In this document: positions 1 through 3,081 of the stretch, in pieces
How the letters are laid out: each line of letters opens with the position of its first letter
Position numbering within the stretch: position 1 is the stretch's first letter
NCBI GenBank assembly: GCA_000004985.1
Contig: GG739234.1
Length of the DNA stretch: 3,081 bases
Reading direction: 5' to 3' (one strand)
Origin: Naegleria gruberi
Taxonomy: Eukaryota
The notes under the pieces: model-generated
What the model saw: only the letters and a program-made list of their open reading frames with translations
Database searches by the model: none
What the model was told of the DNA's origin: nothing
Made by a program: the position numbers and the translations under genes

Positions 1-39
1 TGAAAAGGGAAATTATCTCTCATTAGAGACATTAGATCA

Positions 40-2127
40 GTGTTTGGTGAATTGTTACTTAAAATTTACGATTTGGATGGATTTTTAACAAAAGAAGGGG
101 ATTTGAAGGTAAAATTTCTTCATTGGGGTGATGGTTCAAAATTGTTGGGATCTGGGTTTTTCTTAGCTGCAGTTTTGATAGATTATGTTTCGAGTGGTAT
201 CTTTGATACCTCAAACCAACAAGTAATAGCAATTCTGAAAAATTGGTTGCCCTATTATATGAGTTTCCAACAAGAAAATAAGGAGAATATGGAAGAGTTC
301 ATGTTAAAAAGAAAAGATATTATGGAGAGATTAACTGAACCATTTCAACTAACTGAAAAATTAATAGTGACCTTTGAATTACAGGATTATATTGGTGATT
401 TGTCTCATTTTTGGAAAATATTTCAGATAACAAATTCATTCTGTGCTCACTGTATGAGTAATTATCCGAAACTTAAATTCATTCAGGAAAAAACAAAACA
501 AAGGAGAAGCATTTCTACCTTAATAGCTGACTCTTCAAATAAGACACATGGTGTGGGTATTTCATTGCTAAATTGTTTTGGGGAATATGAGAAAAATTGT
601 AATGCTACAACCACTTGTGATGTGTTACATACATTGAAGGGAAGTATTGAAGAAATAATTAATTTATTAGAAAATATTGATGGAATTGATCATGAAATGA
701 TAACAGAAATTCAACAAGAAGTTTTACAGAAAGGGGATGTTTCAATATTAAGTGGAGGTCACACAAGATTATTCCTTTTGAATTATCAAAAGTGGATTCC
801 ACAACTATCCAATCTTCTGAAAGAAAATAGTGATATTTCACAAAGAAGGAAGCAAATATATGAAAGATTTGAATACGGAAAGGATAATTTAGAGTGGATT
901 TTGTTCCTTATGAGTTTAATATCAAAAATGGCCTATAGATCAGAATATAACAAGAAACCATATGAGGTTGCATTTATTGAAACACTAACCTGCTTGTTAT
1001 ATATTTCTTTGAAATCTAGATATGGAGATGAATTCATGACGAAACATTTTCATGGTTTATTAATTCATTTCCCTCAAGACTTTGAAAGAACATTTCAAAG
1101 ATTATGTTCTTGTGAAAGAGGCGAGTTTTTAATTTCTATTCTAAAACGAGTATCTCTTACAGAATCAAACAGAAGTCAAGATAATGCCTTACTTGCAATG
1201 GTTTTATCAGTTACAGCACATTTAGAAAGATTGTTGAGTGGTGAAAAAGATAATTATGTTGATAATTCCAAAATGTTTGATAATATTGATATATCGGATT
1301 GTAATTTTGTTATTAGTGGAAATGTACTGAAATCGAAGTATTTGCCAGAACTAGAATGGTTTTTGGAATATTTAAAATCCAAAAAATTGGATGAATATGT
1401 TAAGGTAGAACGTAATCAACAAAAAATAATAACCTCAATTGAGTTTTGCTTTTCAAATGAATGGGAATTTTGCTCTTTGGATTGTAATTCGTTGATTTAT
1501 GATTCTGCACGTGCTCCAATTGTTGATGCTGCAGAGAATAATTCAAATAGAGAGAAATGCCAATGTGGTAAACCTTGTAATCAAAACTGTACTAGTAATA
1601 TTGTGAAACATTGTAACAAATGTTGCCATATCCAACAATATCAAGATTCTTCCAATAGAAAAGATTGTAAAGCCCACAGAATCTCAAAGAAAGAGTTTGT
1701 TGAAAAATATTTAGTATCTGAATCGGAAGGAATGAAAGCTATTAATTCAAAAAAAGCAAAAGAAAGAAAAATTAAGGATCAATTAAATGAAATTGCAGTG
1801 AGGTTGAAATCAGAACTAGAGAAAGAGGAAGAATCGACGCATAAAAGACGAAAGAACGATGAATCATTTCAGAAAAGGAAGAAATCTAAAAAGGAGAACA
1901 GTATTTTAGATGTAAATAATTCAAAATCAAATGACTTGATTGTGAATAATTTAATTTCGTCACAAAACCATACTCAAACAACCAATTCTACTCAATTAAC
2001 ACTAAGTGCAGACACAGAAATCAACTCCCAACCTAATTTTTCTCAATCACAACACCAAGAATCTCAAATAATTGACACTGGCACCACCAAAAACACAAGT
2101 TCAAGAAGGAAAGGTAGACGAAAATAA
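40..2127 (+). CDS. Uncharacterised protein, 695 codons as drawn in the ORF track. It has a C-terminal Cys/His cluster (about residues 470-546), a basic K/R-rich NLS-like segment and an S/T/N/Q-rich tail, and is probably nuclear. The 5' boundary is uncertain. The frame is open from nt 4, TGA is at 1-3, the first in-frame ATG is at 259-261, and the codon at 40 is GTG. The stop is TAA at 2125-2127.
   Basis: An uninterrupted frame of about 2.1 kb in AT-rich DNA is very unlikely by chance, since TAA and TAG would otherwise be frequent. The composition looks like a real protein, with hydrophobic, helix-like N-terminal two-thirds. The terminal KRRK/KRKKSKK and SSRRKGRRK motifs, the Cys cluster CQCGKPCNQNCTSNIVKHCNKCCH and the low-complexity N/Q/S/T tail are all typical of yeast nuclear proteins. 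I recall no homolog. The two nested antisense ORFs from the track (659..841 minus and 2407..2649 plus) are spurious. Confidence 0.7.
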   Translation: MFGELLLKIYDLDGFLTKEGDLKVKFLHWGDGSKLLGSGFFLAAVLIDYVSSGIFDTSNQQVIAILKNWLPYYMSFQQENKENMEEFMLKRKDIMERLTEPFQLTEKLIVTFELQDYIGDLSHFWKIFQITNSFCAHCMSNYPKLKFIQEKTKQRRSISTLIADSSNKTHGVGISLLNCFGEYEKNCNATTTCDVLHTLKGSIEEIINLLENIDGIDHEMITEIQQEVLQKGDVSILSGGHTRLFLLNYQKWIPQLSNLLKENSDISQRRKQIYERFEYGKDNLEWILFLMSLISKMAYRSEYNKKPYEVAFIETLTCLLYISLKSRYGDEFMTKHFHGLLIHFPQDFERTFQRLCSCERGEFLISILKRVSLTESNRSQDNALLAMVLSVTAHLERLLSGEKDNYVDNSKMFDNIDISDCNFVISGNVLKSKYLPELEWFLEYLKSKKLDEYVKVERNQQKIITSIEFCFSNEWEFCSLDCNSLIYDSARAPIVDAAENNSNREKCQCGKPCNQNCTSNIVKHCNKCCHIQQYQDSSNRKDCKAHRISKKEFVEKYLVSESEGMKAINSKKAKERKIKDQLNEIAVRLKSELEKEEESTHKRRKNDESFQKRKKSKKENSILDVNNSKSNDLIVNNLISSQNHTQTTNSTQLTLSADTEINSQPNFSQSQHQESQIIDTGTTKNTSSRRKGRRK

Positions 2128-2160
2128 ATAAGAATTGGACATGGAAAATTATTAAAGACG
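2121..2160 (+). terminator. Putative 3'-end formation and polyadenylation region of the plus-strand gene. The AATAAA-like positioning element at 2123-2128 overlaps the TAA stop and is followed by an A/T-rich stretch.
   Basis: The sequence 'aaataaataagaattggacatggaaaattattaaag' directly follows the ORF. Yeast-type 3' signals are degenerate, so this is a positional inference only. Confidence 0.25.
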
Positions 2161-2254
2161 CTTTGGCTTAGTGGTGAAATGACAGCCTCATGAGCCAAGT
2201 GTTGCATGTTCAATTCTCAACTCACACATGAAAGATGTCGGACAAAGTCGACCT

Positions 2255-2313
2255 TCCAAAAATAAAAAGACTGAAGCTAGAGAAAAGATAATCTACTCGT
2301 GTTTAAATAAGGT
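2255..2313 (-). terminator. Putative 3'-end formation and polyadenylation region of the PEX7 gene on the minus strand. Read on the minus strand it contains 'TATTTAAAC' and a 'TTTTTATTTTT' efficiency-element-like tract (plus-strand coordinates about 2258-2268).
   Basis: A/T-rich, U-rich elements lie immediately downstream (minus sense) of the TAA stop at 2314-2316. This is a positional inference only. Confidence 0.25.
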
Positions 2314-3081
2314 TTAATCTTCTTCCTCGTCGTCTTCATCTAAATCTTCATCATCTTCGTCATATTCTTCATCTTCAGCACCACCTCCACGAGCAAGTCC
2401 TAAAACTTGTCTGAATTGAGAGACAATTTCATTTTCTTCATCGTCTTCAGCATTTTCATCTTCTTCGTGTGTTGGAACTGGTTCTTCTCCTCTCATCCAA
2501 ACATAGACAGTTTCATCCCAACTGCAACTAGCAATTTCATCCTCCATTTCCAAGTTAAAATCAATACCAACAACAAATTCAGAGTGGTGTTCGTATTTTT
2601 CCAACAGTGCATTATCACTTCCCTGTTCAGTATCCCAAATACACAATGACATGTCATAGCTTACACTACCAATTATATTTTCATCGTGTGGTGAGAATTT
2701 GAGACGTCTAATAGCAAATCCATGTCCAGTTAAAGTACAAATTGATGAATCTTGATTTGAAGATGATCCACTACCCATGATAGCTCCTGATCTATGCTGA
2801 TTTAAATTTCTCAAATCCCATACTTTGATGGTTTTATCTACTGATCCTGTACAAACAATATGTTCATTAAACTTATTCCAATCACATGCCAAAACTTCAT
2901 AATTGTGAACTTGAGCTGATTGTAAACTAGAAATATCATGAATATCCCAAATTTTCATGGTCATATCACCACTGCAACTCATAAAGTGATCACCATTAAT
3001 CGGAGAAAAAATTGTAGAATATACACAATAACGATGTTCATCAAAAGTTTCCATTGAACTACCATTACCACCACTCAAATT
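2314..3081 (-). CDS. PEX7: PEX7, the peroxisomal targeting signal 2 (PTS2) receptor, a WD40-repeat protein. This is a partial CDS. The N-terminal roughly one-third lies beyond the 3' edge of the window, because the frame is still open at nt 3081. The codon the ORF track shows as M at 3078 is TTG, not a real start. The stop is TAA (complement of 2314-2316). The product ends in an acidic extension of about 58 aa.
   Basis: The translated minus strand aligns block-by-block with PEX7 as I recall it. 'SGDMTMKIWD' matches human 'SGDQTLRIWD'. 'VLACDWNKFNEHIVCTGSVDKTIKVWDLRN' matches human '[30 protein letters not shown]'. 'GHGFAIRRLKFSPHDENIIGSVSYDMSLCIWD' matches human '[31 protein letters not shown]' and yeast 'AHGLAIRKVTWSPHHSNILMSASYDMTCRIW'. 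'EHHSEFVVGIDFNLEMEDEIASCSWDETVYVW' matches human 'EHHTEFTCGLDFSLQ..VADCSWDETIKIY'. 'HRYCVYSTIFSP...SCSGD' matches yeast 'NRNCVYQAQFSP...SCSGN'. A variable loop sits between WDLRN and TGHG, as in yeast Pex7. These alignments are from memory and a BLASTP or HMM search is needed to confirm them. Confidence 0.88.
   Translation of the reverse strand, partial: NLSGGNGSSMETFDEHRYCVYSTIFSPINGDHFMSCSGDMTMKIWDIHDISSLQSAQVHNYEVLACDWNKFNEHIVCTGSVDKTIKVWDLRNLNQHRSGAIMGSGSSSNQDSSICTLTGHGFAIRRLKFSPHDENIIGSVSYDMSLCIWDTEQGSDNALLEKYEHHSEFVVGIDFNLEMEDEIASCSWDETVYVWMRGEEPVPTHEEDENAEDDEENEIVSQFRQVLGLARGGGAEDEEYDEDDEDLDEDDEEED

Noticed and set aside
40-42. GTG start codon used by the ORF track for the plus-strand gene
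   Set aside because: Eukaryotic nuclear genes do not initiate at GTG. It is an artefact of bacterial-style ORF calling, and the real start is upstream in another exon or at ATG 259.
659-841. 60-aa minus-strand ORF from the six-frame track
   Set aside because: It is fully nested antisense inside the 2.1 kb plus-strand coding frame, has no homology-like features, and is of a size expected by chance in AT-rich DNA.
1-2127. Spliceosomal introns inside the plus-strand ORF
   Set aside because: There is no GTATGT...TACTAAC...YAG yeast-type intron signature within the window, and the reading frame is continuous, so none is called.
2160-2230. tRNA gene suggested by a D-loop-like TTAGTGGTGAAAT and a T-loop-like GTTCAATTC
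   Set aside because: I could not place a 7-bp acceptor stem, a 5-bp T-stem flanking a 7-nt TTCAATT loop (the flanking bases mismatch), or a 5-bp anticodon stem in any register, with or without an intron. The minus strand has no tRNA motifs. I kept it only as a low-interest finding, not a feature.
2258-2268. ARS consensus-like T-rich 11-mer (minus strand TTTTATTTTTG)
   Set aside because: It is only a 10/11 match to WTTTAYRTTTW, and such matches are abundant in AT-rich DNA. This is not enough evidence for a replication origin.
2407-2649. 80-aa plus-strand ORF (MSELRDNFIFFIVFSIFIFF...)
   Set aside because: It lies antisense to the well-supported PEX7 CDS. Its Phe/Ile richness is simply the GAA/GAT-rich acidic-tail codons read backwards (TTC/ATC), so it is spurious.
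1-3081. Prokaryotic defence or mobile systems (CRISPR, restriction-modification, toxin-antitoxin, IS elements, prophage) and other novel multi-gene systems
   Set aside because: I found no direct-repeat/spacer arrays, terminal inverted repeats, transposase or integrase-like ORFs, or operon-like co-directional gene packing. The window is two convergent eukaryotic genes.

Overview
The window is a convergent pair of protein-coding genes from an AT-rich eukaryote, most plausibly a budding yeast (Saccharomycotina). It is not prokaryotic or mobile-element DNA. (1) The plus strand carries a roughly 2.1 kb open frame (40..2127, 695 codons as given in the ORF track). It encodes an uncharacterised protein with a C-terminal Cys/His cluster, a highly basic NLS-like segment and a Ser/Thr/Asn/Gln-rich tail, so it is probably a nuclear protein. 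Its true 5' end is unresolved. The frame is open from nt 4, TGA sits at 1-3, the first in-frame ATG is at 259, and the ORF-track start at 40 is GTG. (2) The minus strand (2314..3081) carries the C-terminal two-thirds of a WD40 protein. I recognise it as PEX7, the peroxisomal PTS2 import receptor, from close similarity to human and S. cerevisiae PEX7 as I recall them. It runs off the window edge and ends in an unusual acidic tail of about 58 residues that canonical PEX7 lacks. The two genes converge on a 186-bp intergenic spacer (2128..2313). This holds both 3' ends plus a comparatively GC-rich island with hairpins and tRNA-like motifs that I could not fold into a valid tRNA. I see no CRISPR array, IS element, prophage, operon structure or prokaryotic defence system. 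The hint that an undescribed system is present is not supported by anything I can see. The most novel item is the uncharacterised Cys-cluster protein.
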